Positions 21,406-30,750 of a DNA stretch of 64,000 bases are shown here, in pieces; the stretch's first letter is position 1; the number at the start of each line of letters is the position of its first letter. The stretch lies in the IMG/VR virus record IMGVR_UViG_3300037524_002067, positions 1 through 64,000 of that record; one strand, written 5' to 3'. The position numbers and the translations under genes are program-made. Below the pieces are notes generated by a model, which was given only the letters and a program-made list of their open reading frames with translations, was not told the origin of the DNA and did not search any database. This stretch comes from a virus.

Positions 21406-22314
21406 TTAAGCAGCTTTTTTGTTTTTGTTCTTTTTGTACTTACCTGCTCTACGCGATTTCTTTTGTTTATCACAAACGAAGTCTGCAGCGCAATTAGCGG
21501 CCCAGCTGTGTGGCTTATACCTTACTCTGAAACCTTGACCTTCTAAAGCAGCCTTCGCTCCTTCGTAAACATATGAAGATTTATTCTTCACATCTTTGTT
21601 GGTCATAGAAGCAAGGTAGCTTCTAAGTTTAGCTGGTTGTGTAAGTTGAACATTCATTACATATTCCAACTCAGATTCGCTGATGTCATTCAACGAAAGA
21701 GTGTTTGTAGGATTTGTAACATTTATCAACCTGTCATTCTTTTCATCAATGAAGTATTGTCTTCCCTTGATAAGAACCTTGCCCTGAAGATCCTCTGGGA
21801 TTTTAAAACCAGGGTCGATGTTAATATCTACGTCAAGTCCAATCAACTTATTTTGGTGAGATGAATATCCAAGAGTTTGCAATTCTTCCATATTCAATCT
21901 CTTTACAAGACCATCCAATTCTTTTTCAAGGTAATTACCAAGATAAAGAACACGCTCAACTTCACCCCAGATCTTTCCATAGATGCTGGATTCTTTTGCA
22001 GCTTTTACAAGCGCCTTGTCTCTGTTTTTATCACCAGTCTTTTCAACCCATAATCTTTCGCTAGGTACAAGTTCTTTATTAAAGATGTAATGTACACCAT
22101 CACGTCTGAACTCGTCGTAAAACGCAACTACGGAAGCGTAAAGAGTATTTCTACCACGTTCAGAAGCATCAGCTCCTACGTAAACTTTTGTTCCAGGGAA
22201 CTTCTTTAAATAGCTCCGAACATATTCTCCAAGGTCTGGGATTAATTCACCACCAAACTTCTTGAACCCTTTTTCCATTGGAATTTTTTCTTCCATTTTT
22301 TCTACTGTTTTCAT
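21406..22314 (-). CDS. RNase H-like (YkuK/DUF458-type) protein
   Basis: VYVGADAS, DVDIN, KSS and KPHSWAANCAAD motifs. Confidence 0.7.
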   Translation of the reverse strand: MKTVEKMEEKIPMEKGFKKFGGELIPDLGEYVRSYLKKFPGTKVYVGADASERGRNTLYASVVAFYDEFRRDGVHYIFNKELVPSERLWVEKTGDKNRDKALVKAAKESSIYGKIWGEVERVLYLGNYLEKELDGLVKRLNMEELQTLGYSSHQNKLIGLDVDINIDPGFKIPEDLQGKVLIKGRQYFIDEKNDRLINVTNPTNTLSLNDISESELEYVMNVQLTQPAKLRSYLASMTNKDVKNKSSYVYEGAKAALEGQGFRVRYKPHSWAANCAADFVCDKQKKSRRAGKYKKNKNKKAA

Positions 22315-22323
22315 AAATATATC

Positions 22324-23139
22324 TCAATTTTTCACCATTTCCAATATTCCATAATTTTTGCACCACTTTCTTACAGCATTATCACTGACACCAAAATGTT
22401 TACCTACTTGTACAAAGTTTTTAAATTCTTCAAATGCTTTTAAAATTTCTGGCACCTTCGGAATTTTACTCTGTTCTTTTCTTGCATCTCCAACACAAGC
22501 AATACTACAATACAGTGATCCTATTCTTTTACAATCTTTACCACATTGTTTGCATTTGTTTTTTTCTTTAGGTGTTTTAGGCGTTTTTATTTTTGTTGTT
22601 TTTGCTTGTTTGTTTTTTAATACATTGTCTTTATTTTCAAAATTTTCTTTTCTCATCTCCGACTTAAAACTTAGCGTGTTTTTACCTCTATAGTTATCTT
22701 CCTGAGCGTGACAATTTGGGCAAAGTATCTTTAAGTTTTCAATTCTATTATCCGTGTTGTTTCCATTTTCGTGATGGAGTTCTGTTGGTATTTTTTTATA
22801 TTGCCACAAAGTCAATAAACAAGATTCACATTTTTCTTCTTTTAAACCTTCTATAATTAATCTATGTTTTAATTTGGTAGAATTTTTATAAGGAGAATTT
22901 TCAATTAAAATTTCTTCTAGTTTGTATTTCTTACCAAAATGTTTATAATTATCGCCATTGTTCCAACCTTGACCAGTGAAGTGAGAAATATCTACATTTA
23001 ATTCTTTAAATAAAAAATTTAAAGTCTTGTAGTTGCCTCCAGATGGTCGTATTTTTAATTCTCTACAAACTCCAGCAACTGATATATTATTTTTAATCGC
23101 TTCTCTTAATTGCTCTTCGTTGTATTTGTTTATTTTCAT
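22324..23139 (-). CDS. HNH homing endonuclease with HTH
   Basis: ELHHENGNNTDNRIENLKILCPNCH; C-terminal GVSDNAVRKW HTH. Confidence 0.9.
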   Translation of the reverse strand: MKINKYNEEQLREAIKNNISVAGVCRELKIRPSGGNYKTLNFLFKELNVDISHFTGQGWNNGDNYKHFGKKYKLEEILIENSPYKNSTKLKHRLIIEGLKEEKCESCLLTLWQYKKIPTELHHENGNNTDNRIENLKILCPNCHAQEDNYRGKNTLSFKSEMRKENFENKDNVLKNKQAKTTKIKTPKTPKEKNKCKQCGKDCKRIGSLYCSIACVGDARKEQSKIPKVPEILKAFEEFKNFVQVGKHFGVSDNAVRKWCKNYGILEMVKN

Positions 23140-23232
23140 GCTTTTTTATTATAAATAGTATGAAAAATCAAAAAAGAAGACTTAAGATTTAATATTATTT
23201 TTAAGTCTTCTTTTTTGATAAAACTCAACAAG

Positions 23233-23315
23233 TAGGGTAGGAGGGAGTCGAACCCTCACGGACTATGCCACAAATTTTTAAGATTTGCACGTGCTGCCTA
23301 TTTCGTCACTACCCC
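23233..23315 (-). tRNA. tRNA-Leu(TAA)
   Basis: CAAAT-CTTAAAA-ATTTG; class II variable arm. Confidence 0.9.
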
Positions 23316-23340
23316 ATAATTCAAAGAACATTTTATTTCA

Positions 23341-23374
23341 AAAAAAAAGGACCCAGATTTAAGTCTGAGCCCTT
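23341..23374 (-). terminator. Attenuator terminator of the Leu/Cys array
   Basis: AAGGGCTCAGA-CTTAAA-TCTGGGTCCTT followed by a U tract. Confidence 0.85.
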
Positions 23375-23402
23375 TTATCAAAAAAATACTTTTTATAGAT
23401 AC

Positions 23403-23516
23403 CTAAGAACTCAAACATAACGGTGCGCATAAACACAAAAAGCCATACCCTAGATCTGTTTTCACAGAAATAGATGGACTCATTGACCACGCTGTTATAT
23501 TTTGATTTCTTTTCAT
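23403..23516 (-). CDS. Attenuator leader peptide 2 (MKRNQNITAWSMSPSISVKTDLGYGFLCLCAPLCLSS)
   Basis: TTG TGT TTA TGC GCA CCG TTA TGT TTG run; GTTTGAGTTCTT can pair with the terminator 5' arm. Confidence 0.8.
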   Translation of the reverse strand: MKRNQNITAWSMSPSISVKTDLGYGFLCLCAPLCLSS

Positions 23517-23589
23517 CTTTTATAAATAAGCGGAAAAATTTCTTTTTCCAACACACAAATGTAATACTTTATTTTTTAATTTACAACAA

Positions 23590-23618
23590 TTATACGAAAT
23601 ATTTTTTAAAAGGTTGCA
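23590..23618 (-). promoter_or_regulatory. TGCAAC-N16-CGTA promoter (TACATTTG element downstream at 23556-23563)
   Basis: Recurrent motif pair in this window. Confidence 0.6.
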
Positions 23619-23821
23619 TTTTTTATTAATCCGTAAACGCTTTATAAGGTTCCCAACCCATTAACTCATAATGTTGCCTCATACAATCATCTATGTCTTT
23701 GCCAACAATTTCTCTAAGTTTTATAGCATCAGGTTCTAAAAGTTTTTTAGATCTTTCATCACCTTTTTCAACAACAGTTACACTATTGTTGGATTCTGCT
23801 GTGTAGATTTCTATTGTCATG

Positions 23822-24262
23822 TTATTGTTTTAAAATTGATTTTCTCTCAAAATCATCTTTTATTATTTGTTGTATTTTTTCTTTGGTGTAATCTTCGTTA
23901 TGTTCTTCAAGATGACAATTTGCACAAAGAATTATACATTTTTCCAATTCACTTAATAAAGTTGTTACCTTATTGTTACCCATGCTTCTAAGATCTAATT
24001 TTATTTTCTTTTCACTTGGATTCAGATGATGAAATTGTAACGCTGCCAAATTTTTATCATAACCACATTTCGAACAACAACCGCCTTTTAATTCTAACAT
24101 TTCGAGCTTTCTTCTATATGCTCTTATTGTTTGAGAATGATATGTATTGGTTTGCTCTTTAACTCTATGCCAATGATGTTTTTGCTTACATGTATTACTA
24201 CAATATTTTGTTTTTTGTCCATTAATTTCAACTGAACACACTACACATTTTCTAATATTCAT
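23822..24262 (-). CDS. Zn-finger + HNH endonuclease
   Basis: CSKCGY...LQFHH...LCANCH. Confidence 0.85.
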   Translation of the reverse strand: MNIRKCVVCSVEINGQKTKYCSNTCKQKHHWHRVKEQTNTYHSQTIRAYRRKLEMLELKGGCCSKCGYDKNLAALQFHHLNPSEKKIKLDLRSMGNNKVTTLLSELEKCIILCANCHLEEHNEDYTKEKIQQIIKDDFERKSILKQ

Positions 24263-24320
24263 AATTTTTCATTATAAATAGTTAGAAAATTATGAAGCTA
24301 TTCATAATCAACTAATTTTG

Positions 24321-24394
24321 TGCTCCAGCCGTGATTCGAACACGGGACCTCAGCCTTATGAGGGCTTCGCTCTAACCAACTGAGCTACAGGAGC
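24321..24394 (-). tRNA. tRNA(CAT), probably Ile2 (otherwise elongator Met)
   Basis: Loop CTCATAA; lies at the end of the Ile cluster. Confidence 0.8.
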
Positions 24395-24401
24395 TAGGAA
24401 T

Positions 24402-24653
24402 TTACTCTTTCCATTGAGTGTTTCTATTGTATTTCCAAGTTTTATATTCCCTGGTCTTGTACACATACACTGGCCTTCCACTTCCATGTCTTCCTTTTGA
24501 GCGCATGCTTTGAGGAGAACAGTCTATATAAAAAGAACCACTTCTTTTAGCACAAATGTAACAATAATCGTGATAATAATGTTTAGCGATTTTTGTATAC
24601 TCTCTGCTTGTTTTTGCTTTGTTCAGTTTAGCTCTGTTTCTGTTTATTGACAT
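24402..24653 (-). CDS. Small basic protein
   Basis: K/R-rich, CxxC, ends YKTWKYNRNTQWKE; start codon is sequestered in a hairpin. Confidence 0.65.
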   Translation of the reverse strand: MSINRNRAKLNKAKTSREYTKIAKHYYHDYCYICAKRSGSFYIDCSPQSMRSKGRHGSGRPVYVYKTREYKTWKYNRNTQWKE

Positions 24654-25294
24654 CGGTCATCGTTTTAGGGATTAACCTAACGACATCCAGATGCATATTT
24701 AAAAGTATTATTCATTTTTAAAAATTTATTTTTCACACTCAATTTCATGTTCTTCAATATCTTCAAAAGAAAATTTTTGATGGCATTTCAAACACATCGC
24801 AGAATTATTCCAATCCCAATCTGGTTGACCAAAACTATCTTCAAGCGGCTCTATTTTTTTCTTAGTTAAAGCTTTCAAGCACATCATAAAAAAATCAGCT
24901 TGCTCCTGGGTTTTGATCACCTTGCTAAGTGAAGTTTCTATTGGTTTTTCTTTTGACCAATCCACTTTTATCCCCTTAGTTTTTGCAAGCTCAATTATTT
25001 CATTAATCTTTTCTTGAACTTTTTGTTTGCTCAAATCTTTTTTCATGTTTCAAAGATACAAAAAAACTAGAACTTTAAGGTTTTAATGTAATATTTTCTT
25101 TTTTAGAATCACTGTAATAACTCACAGAATCCCCCTCAATTAATTTTTTAATTTGAGTAGCAGCGTCTTGAAAATCTTTTTTATAATGCTCAAGCTCAAT
25201 GCCACGTATAAATGTGGAACTCACAATAAGATCCACAATTTGTTCTTCTGTAATTTCTGTTTTCATAAAACAAATATAACAAATTATTTTCTTG

Positions 25295-25395
25295 TGAACA
25301 AGACGGGATTTAAACCCGTACATGGAGGTTGCAACTCATCCCTTTATCCATTCCAGCTATCCGTCTGGTGCGTCTGTCGTTTCCGCCACTTGTTC
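25295..25395 (-). tRNA. Atypical tRNA-like RNA (GAT in an 8-nt loop, very long variable region)
   Basis: Acceptor GAACAAG/CTTGTTC-A; T arm ACGGG-TTTAAAT-CCCGT. Confidence 0.5.
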
Positions 25396-25404
25396 TTTTA
25401 TTTG

Positions 25405-25482
25405 TGCGGATGGAGGGAATTGAACCCCCGACTGCTTCCCAAGGTATAAGCTTGGCGCTCTTGACCACTGAGCTACACCCGC
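25405..25482 (-). tRNA. tRNA-Ile(TAT)
   Basis: CCAAG-CTTATAC-CTTGG. Confidence 0.85.
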
Positions 25483-25488
25483 ATTTTG

Positions 25489-25572
25489 TAGTGACGGCGG
25501 GGATCGAACCCACGTTGACATTTCTGTCCCATCTTATCAGGATGGTGCCTCAAACCACTCGGCCACGTCACT
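25489..25572 (-). tRNA. tRNA-Ile(GAT) with long variable arm
   Basis: CCATC-CTGATAA-GATGG; variable stem GACA-GAAA-TGTC. Confidence 0.85.
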
Positions 25573-25652
25573 ATTTTTCCTATTAACTCTTCCACACTCT
25601 AACGTGAGTGGGTTGACAGAACTTCGGAGAGAATTTCTTCTCGTTCAGTTAG

Positions 25653-25726
25653 TAGTCATAGACGGACTCGAACCATCAACCTCCACGGTATCAGCGTGGC
25701 GCTCTAACCAATTGAGCTATACGACT
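25653..25726 (-). tRNA. tRNA-Ile(GAT)
   Basis: CCACG-CTGATAC-CGTGG. Confidence 0.9.
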
Positions 25727-26044
25727 ATGTGGGGGAAGCTTTGACATAGTGCATATGATATTGTCATCACTTTTTTATATTCCGCCCCTTCGGGTTTATC
25801 TCACATTTGTGAAAGAACGATATTTCTTAAGTTTTCAAGACTAAAATCTTGAACATTTTTTGCAAAAAACATTCTGTAGCTTTCGTTTTGATTCAAAGGA
25901 AACACTGTTATTACAACACTCCCAAATCTGGTGTGTTGTAACCAAACTCTTCTGAATCTATCTGCAAAAGAAGCAGCCAACTCCTTTTGTCTTTCATTCA
26001 TATTTACACTGTTCAAACTTTCCATTTTATTCCTTTATTTTAAG

Positions 26045-26130
26045 TCCCCCTGGTTGGATTCAAACCAACGATGGATTTTTACATCTCCATGTTAAAAGCA
26101 TGGTGCTATCGGTCACTAAGCGACAGAGGG
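26045..26130 (-). tRNA. tRNA-Lys(TTT) with long variable arm
   Basis: CCATG-CTTTTAA-CATGG. Confidence 0.85.
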
Positions 26131-26145
26131 TTATTTTATTTTTAG

Positions 26146-26218
26146 TTCCCCTGTCGTGAATCGAACACGACCAATCGCCTTAAGAGGGCGGAGCATACAG
26201 CCAGTTTGCTACAAGGGA
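26146..26218 (-). tRNA. tRNA-Lys(CTT)
   Basis: CGCC-CTCTTAA-GGCG. Confidence 0.85.
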
Positions 26219-26232
26219 ATATTTATTTTATG

Positions 26233-26305
26233 TTCCCCCGCTTGGAATCGAACCAAGCCTGAACGGGTAAAAACCGTTTGCCTACAGCCAGTTTGCTACG
26301 AGGGA
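26233..26305 (-). tRNA. tRNA-Lys(TTT)
   Basis: AACGG-TTTTTAC-CCGTT. Confidence 0.85.
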
Positions 26306-26408
26306 ATAATGATGAGATCATTGAACTCGTAGTTTACTGTACGAGCTCTTATCTTTTCTTCTGTTTATATTTGAACATTTTTTTCATTTTTATTTTTTTA
26401 TTTTCTAG

Positions 26409-26481
26409 AGCTGTAGTTCGGGCTCGAACCGAAAACCTTCTGATTACAAATCAGAGGCACCACCAATTGTGCTACTACAGC
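26409..26481 (-). tRNA. tRNA-Thr(TGT)
   Basis: TCTGA-TTTGTAA-TCAGA. Confidence 0.9.
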
Positions 26482-26491
26482 GTGTTTTTTG

Positions 26492-26576
26492 AGCCTATGG
26501 AGAGATTCAAACTCCCGATGGATTATTAGTCTCCTGCTTACAAGGCAGGTGCAATCGTTCACTATGCGACATAGGC
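26492..26576 (-). tRNA. tRNA-Thr(TGT) with long variable arm
   Basis: CCTGC-CTTGTAA-GCAGG. Confidence 0.85.
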
Positions 26577-26599
26577 AATATTTTATTTTAAAGAACTTG

Positions 26600-26670
26600 A
26601 GCCCGTAACGATTATGACATCGTGACCTTCAACGTACCAAGTTGATGCTCTCCAACTGAGCTATACGGAC
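26600..26670 (-). tRNA. tRNA-Thr(GGT) with aberrant T loop
   Basis: TCAAC-TTGGTAC-GTTGA. Confidence 0.75.
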
Positions 26671-26673
26671 TTT

Positions 26674-26767
26674 TGGGTGTACGATGGGATTTGAACCCAT
26701 GTTGTTTGCTTACGCTCTTCCTGCTTCACAGGCAGGTTCCTTCGACCATACTCGGACCACGCACACC
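26674..26767 (-). tRNA. tRNA-His(GTG) with long variable arm
   Basis: CCTGC-CTGTGAA-GCAGG; G-1:C73; encoded CCA. Confidence 0.85.
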
Positions 26768-26852
26768 ATGTTTGCCTGTTCCCGTTTCCAGTTAGAGGAC
26801 TTTGGCCAGAGTTTTTATGATGAGGAAAACTCGTAGGCAATTAAAACCAATC

Positions 26853-26930
26853 GGGGCAACAAAGAGGAGTCGAACCTCAAGCAACTAGTATATGGTACCA
26901 CTAAGGTACCTGCGCTCCACAGCTGCTGCC
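26853..26930 (-). ncRNA. Atypical tRNA-like RNA
   Basis: Acceptor GGCAGCA/TGTTGCC, T arm GAGG-TTCGACT-CCTC, GGTAC-CTTAGTG-GTACC hairpin; non-standard D region. Confidence 0.45.
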
Positions 26931-26936
26931 ATAACG

Positions 26937-27012
26937 GGTAACATATCGGGTTCGAACCGATTACCTCTTGAACCACAATCAAGCGCTCTAAACCAATTGA
27001 GCTAATGCTACC
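26937..27012 (-). tRNA. tRNA-His(GTG)
   Basis: CTTGA-TTGTGGT-TCAAG; G-1. Confidence 0.9.
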
Positions 27013-27016
27013 ATAT

Positions 27017-27163
27017 TTGTTGACGGAAATCGCACCAGCGATACGTGCTCTACCTTTGAGCTACACCCCCATTGTGAATTATTTGTGGGGGCGACGGGAC
27101 TCGAACACCGCAACCACGACTTTATAAGAGTATAGAAGTAGCATGACACATGGCCGTCAACAA
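27017..27163 (-). ncRNA. YrlA-type Y RNA (circularly permuted tRNA module)
   Basis: Terminal stem TTGTTGACGG/CCGTCAACAA; order is T arm, loop-closed acceptor CGCCCCCA...TGGGGGTG, then D arm. Confidence 0.75.
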
Positions 27164-27204
27164 TTTTTTCAATATTTTAATTTACAAAGAACGTTTTCTT
27201 TTTG

Positions 27205-27295
27205 CTCATTGGGTTGGATTTGAACCAACTTCTTCCTAGTCTAATGTTTCAAGACCAACCGACCATTCCTGCAGGGACCTTGGCCTAACCAATGA
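27205..27295 (-). ncRNA. Atypical tRNA-like RNA
   Basis: Acceptor TCATTGG/CCAATGA-G, T arm GTTGG-TTCAAAT-CCAAC, enlarged D and anticodon loops. Confidence 0.5.
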
Positions 27296-27303
27296 ATTTT
27301 TTG

Positions 27304-27375
27304 CTGCTCTGACAGGACTTGAACCCGTATTTATCTGTCTAACAAACAGTCGTTTTCCATTATTACTACAGAGCA
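27304..27375 (-). tRNA. Divergent tRNA-Asn(GTT) overlapping the HNH stop codon
   Basis: CTGT-TTGTTAG-ACAG; G73; weak D stem. Confidence 0.6.
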
Positions 27376-28139
27376 ATGTTTTTTATTTTTTCACTTACAC
27401 CTTTTTCTCTTAACTCTTCATGTATTTCTATGTGACAATTAGCGCAAACCAAAATACATTTATCTACTTCAATTTTTAATTTTTCAAAAGAATACGATTT
27501 ACCACCAATGGTGAAATCTTTTTCTTCTGGGTTTTTATGATGAAACTGCAAAACATTTGTAGACTTATTATATCCACAACATTCACATTTGCCACCTTTG
27601 TATTCTACTAACTTTATCTTAGTACGTTTACGCCATTCAATTACAGTCTGACTTTTTGTAACTGTTGGTTTTCGCACTATAATATTTTCTTCTCCAATTA
27701 TTTTCCTTACAGTTTGAACCGCTAGGCCAAAATAATAAGCTGTTTTTTTTAAAGATCTACTTTCAAAATAATGCCTTTTTAAAACATCGCTGTCAATTGT
27801 GGTTGCGTTGATATTTTTTGAAGACGCATTTAGTCTAAGGTGTGCACATATTTTTCTTAATTTATCATCTACAATTGATACTTTTTTTGAAATGCTGTTG
27901 TAAGAATCTCCAGAAATTCTCATTGCACGTATTTCACAGATAGTATCTTCTGATATATTTTTTAAAAAAACATCTTCTTTTACTTTTTTTAACCAACCTA
28001 ATGTGCCACCCAAATTTTCGTTGTTGACATGATACGAAACAGTAGATTTAGAACAACCTATTTGTTTAGAAATCTCATCAATAGAAAAACCATTTTTTCT
28101 AAGGTGTATTATTTTTTCTTTTTTAGAACCTTTTCCCAT
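27366..28139 (-). CDS. HTH + HNH endonuclease
   Basis: IGCSKSTVSYH HTH; CECCGY...LQFHH...VCANCH. Confidence 0.9.
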   Translation of the reverse strand: MGKGSKKEKIIHLRKNGFSIDEISKQIGCSKSTVSYHVNNENLGGTLGWLKKVKEDVFLKNISEDTICEIRAMRISGDSYNSISKKVSIVDDKLRKICAHLRLNASSKNINATTIDSDVLKRHYFESRSLKKTAYYFGLAVQTVRKIIGEENIIVRKPTVTKSQTVIEWRKRTKIKLVEYKGGKCECCGYNKSTNVLQFHHKNPEEKDFTIGGKSYSFEKLKIEVDKCILVCANCHIEIHEELREKGVSEKIKNIAL

Positions 28140-28199
28140 AATATTAACTTTTTATATTAATAAATAGAAAGAAAATTCTAATTTTCAATGAACGTTTTG

Positions 28200-28286
28200 C
28201 GTACCCTCCTGGATTCGAACCAGGGATGGAGATTTCCTCACGGCAGATTAACAGTCTGCTGCCTTTAACCACTCAGCCAAAGATAC
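28200..28286 (-). tRNA. tRNA-Asn(GTT) with long variable arm
   Basis: GCAGA-CTGTTAA-TCTGC. Confidence 0.85.
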
Positions 28287-28291
28287 TTTTG

Positions 28292-28364
28292 CGGGGGTGG
28301 GGAATTTCGAAATCACCGACCTCGATCTTAACAGGATCTTGCTCTGCCTCTGAGCTACACCCCC
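28292..28364 (-). tRNA. tRNA-Asn(GTT)
   Basis: GATC-CTGTTAA-GATC; G73. Confidence 0.85.
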
Positions 28365-28443
28365 ATGCATCGAGAGACTTTCACTCCCCCTTGTCTGGGT
28401 TGGAGGTCCATTCCTCCAACCCGTACATACTTTTTTCATTACC

Positions 28444-28677
28444 TTAAAGAACATCGCCAAGTTCATTTCGCAAATCTTTTTTGAGTTGTTGTCTTACTCC
28501 TTTTTTTAGTGAGCGATTTGCGTTTCTCACTTCTTCTTTTTTACTTTTACTCTTCAAGTTGCTTGGCACATCTTGAGAGTGATCTATTGACCATTTTCTT
28601 TCCTGGTTTTTCGAGAATGGGGTCATTTTTTTATGTTTACCCTCTTTCTTTACTATTACACCTTTTTGCTTACTCAT
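28444..28677 (-). CDS. Small basic protein, first gene of array 3
   Basis: K/R-rich 77-aa ORF directly after the attenuator terminator. Confidence 0.6.
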   Translation of the reverse strand: MSKQKGVIVKKEGKHKKMTPFSKNQERKWSIDHSQDVPSNLKSKSKKEEVRNANRSLKKGVRQQLKKDLRNELGDVL

Positions 28678-28707
28678 AATTTTAAAACTTTTTTGTCGAA
28701 CCTATAG

Positions 28708-28745
28708 AAAACAAGAAGGCCCGTTACTTGGTGGTAACGGGCTTT
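28708..28745 (-). terminator. Attenuator terminator of the Asn/His/Thr/Lys/Ile array
   Basis: GCCCGTTAC-CACCAA-GTAACGGGC followed by CTTCTTGTTTT. Confidence 0.8.
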
Positions 28746-28782
28746 CGGAAAATCTTTTAGCTCAAGTTTTAAATTATGCGCC

Positions 28783-28884
28783 TCATGATGTGTATCCTAC
28801 ATACCCGTATACCAACGTTTTATTAATGCATATATTATGCTTAATCGTTGTTGTTTTGGTTGTATGTAAGTTATTCATTAACAT
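28783..28884 (-). CDS. Attenuator leader peptide 3 (MLMNNLHTTKTTTIKHNICINKTLVYGYVGYTS)
   Basis: 18 of 20 core codons are N/H/T/K/I; ACGGGT can pair with the terminator 5' arm. Confidence 0.85.
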   Translation of the reverse strand: MLMNNLHTTKTTTIKHNICINKTLVYGYVGYTS

Positions 28885-28949
28885 GATTTCTTATATTTTT
28901 GTTTTTTATTGTTTCTTTTAAATAGTTAAAAAAATTTGTTTTCGAAGTT

Positions 28950-28978
28950 TTATACGCACAAAGATATATAAAGTTTCA
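28950..28978 (-). promoter_or_regulatory. Composite promoter: TGAAAC-N16-CGTA with nested TATCTTTG
   Basis: Recurrent motif. Confidence 0.7.
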
Positions 28979-30030
28979 GGTAAACACAAATATTTTTTCA
29001 ATTTTTATTTTAACTCTCTGATTAACAGATTGATATTTTTCCATCATTAGGTTCCAAAACAATGAAAATTCTACCGTCTTTATCCTTGTTCATTTGTGAA
29101 TCATAGTGATAGGCATTGTGTAAATAGGCAACATCATAAACATCTACACGCTCTGTGTCGCCTCCATTTGGTGGGATCGCGAAGTAGTGATATTCACCCT
29201 TATTATTGTGCATTTTTACTGCTTTGCGATTGTCTGGGAAAAAATCAAACTTAATTTCCATCCATTGAATCTCATATGGTTTACCAGTTGAACTGGGGTC
29301 ATTATATGAGTTGCCAGTCATGTGATGGAATGGAACAAAATCTTTATCCCTTGCATAGCCAGAATTTGGTTCAGACATTCTAAAATAAGCTAAATGATTT
29401 GCTTTAGAATCTGTATAATGTTCTTTTGGATAATAAAACAATTCCTCAAACAATGTTGTTTTAGCATCTTTTGGTCGTGGCAAAGAGTGATCAAGATGGT
29501 ATGGCTTGGCATAATAGAGAAGCATTGTGTTTTCGAGATACACAAACTTATCATCAATCCTTAACAGTGTAGAATAAGTAACTGTTTCATTTTTTTTGTT
29601 TATTTTTACATGTATCATCTTGTCACAATTATACGCCAAATTTGTGACAAGGTTACAATTTTTAGCCAATACTTTCTAAAAGATTATCTATTTCTTTTTG
29701 TGCGCAATCAGCGTTTTCAAGCAAAACATAAAGTTTGTTGATAACTCTTTTTCTATAGCTTTCCAGGGTGGACTTGTATGGCTTTGTAATTCGAAGAAGC
29801 ATTACATGTGAGTCAATAGAAAAATCTTGTTTCATGAATAAGTCGAAATACGTTTTTGTTGTATCATAATCCCTCATAAGAAGAGTTGGGACCATAGAAT
29901 CACAAATTCTATCCATTGCTGCGTCGCTATTTCCAGATAAATCAAAAATAACCGCTTCTTCTATTTCTCTGTTAATGTCAATCATAAAATTGTTTATAAA
30001 AACATAAACAAACATGGATAAAAACGAAAG

Positions 30031-30750
30031 TTATTCTATAATTTTTATTTGATCTTTGTTGAAAACGACATATTCATTGCCATTTGGCACTGTACTGTTT
30101 GGTGCTATAACACCATCATACCCATTTTCTTGCAATATTTTTGTAAAAGAATATGGGTTTAATATTTCGCTTATTCTAATTGGTAAGCCAGATATACCAT
30201 ACACTTCATATAATATTTTTGAAATTATCATGCTTTTTACATGTTTTTTGTTGGCTAATTCAGCTTCAGTTCTGTTATAAATTGTATAATCTTCTCCGTC
30301 ATATTCGAAATACACATGTTGGAAAGGTTCAATTGATCCTTTCATGAATTCCGCAGGAATATTTTTTGATTCTAGCTCTAAAACAATCTCATTTAGTTCC
30401 GACATTGTTTTACCCTCAAACTTAACATCTTTTAAACCACTTGTATTTGCAAACAACCTTACGATCCCACTACCTCCAATTGAAGTGTCTTTTACAATGT
30501 CTAATCTAAATGGTTTATTTAATTCTATTATTGCTTTTACTATTTTGTTTCCATATAAACCAGCTTCAATTTTTGAATCGCTGAAATAAAAACCATAGCC
30601 ATTCCAAGCGCCATCCGTGTTACTCCCTATGTAGTCGTTGCTAAAATCTTTAAAATTACTATTGGTTCCATGGAAAACAGTGAATTCTTCTTCGCTAATA
30701 ATTCCAGCAAGAGATTTTAAACGATTCTTATAGGTCTCTGATAAAATCAT
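30031..30750 (-). CDS. ADP-ribosyltransferase-like (ART-PolyVal type) protein
   Basis: FHGT...GFYFS...GYDGVI...EYVVF. Confidence 0.7.
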   Translation of the reverse strand: MILSETYKNRLKSLAGIISEEEFTVFHGTNSNFKDFSNDYIGSNTDGAWNGYGFYFSDSKIEAGLYGNKIVKAIIELNKPFRLDIVKDTSIGGSGIVRLFANTSGLKDVKFEGKTMSELNEIVLELESKNIPAEFMKGSIEPFQHVYFEYDGEDYTIYNRTEAELANKKHVKSMIISKILYEVYGISGLPIRISEILNPYSFTKILQENGYDGVIAPNSTVPNGNEYVVFNKDQIKIIE

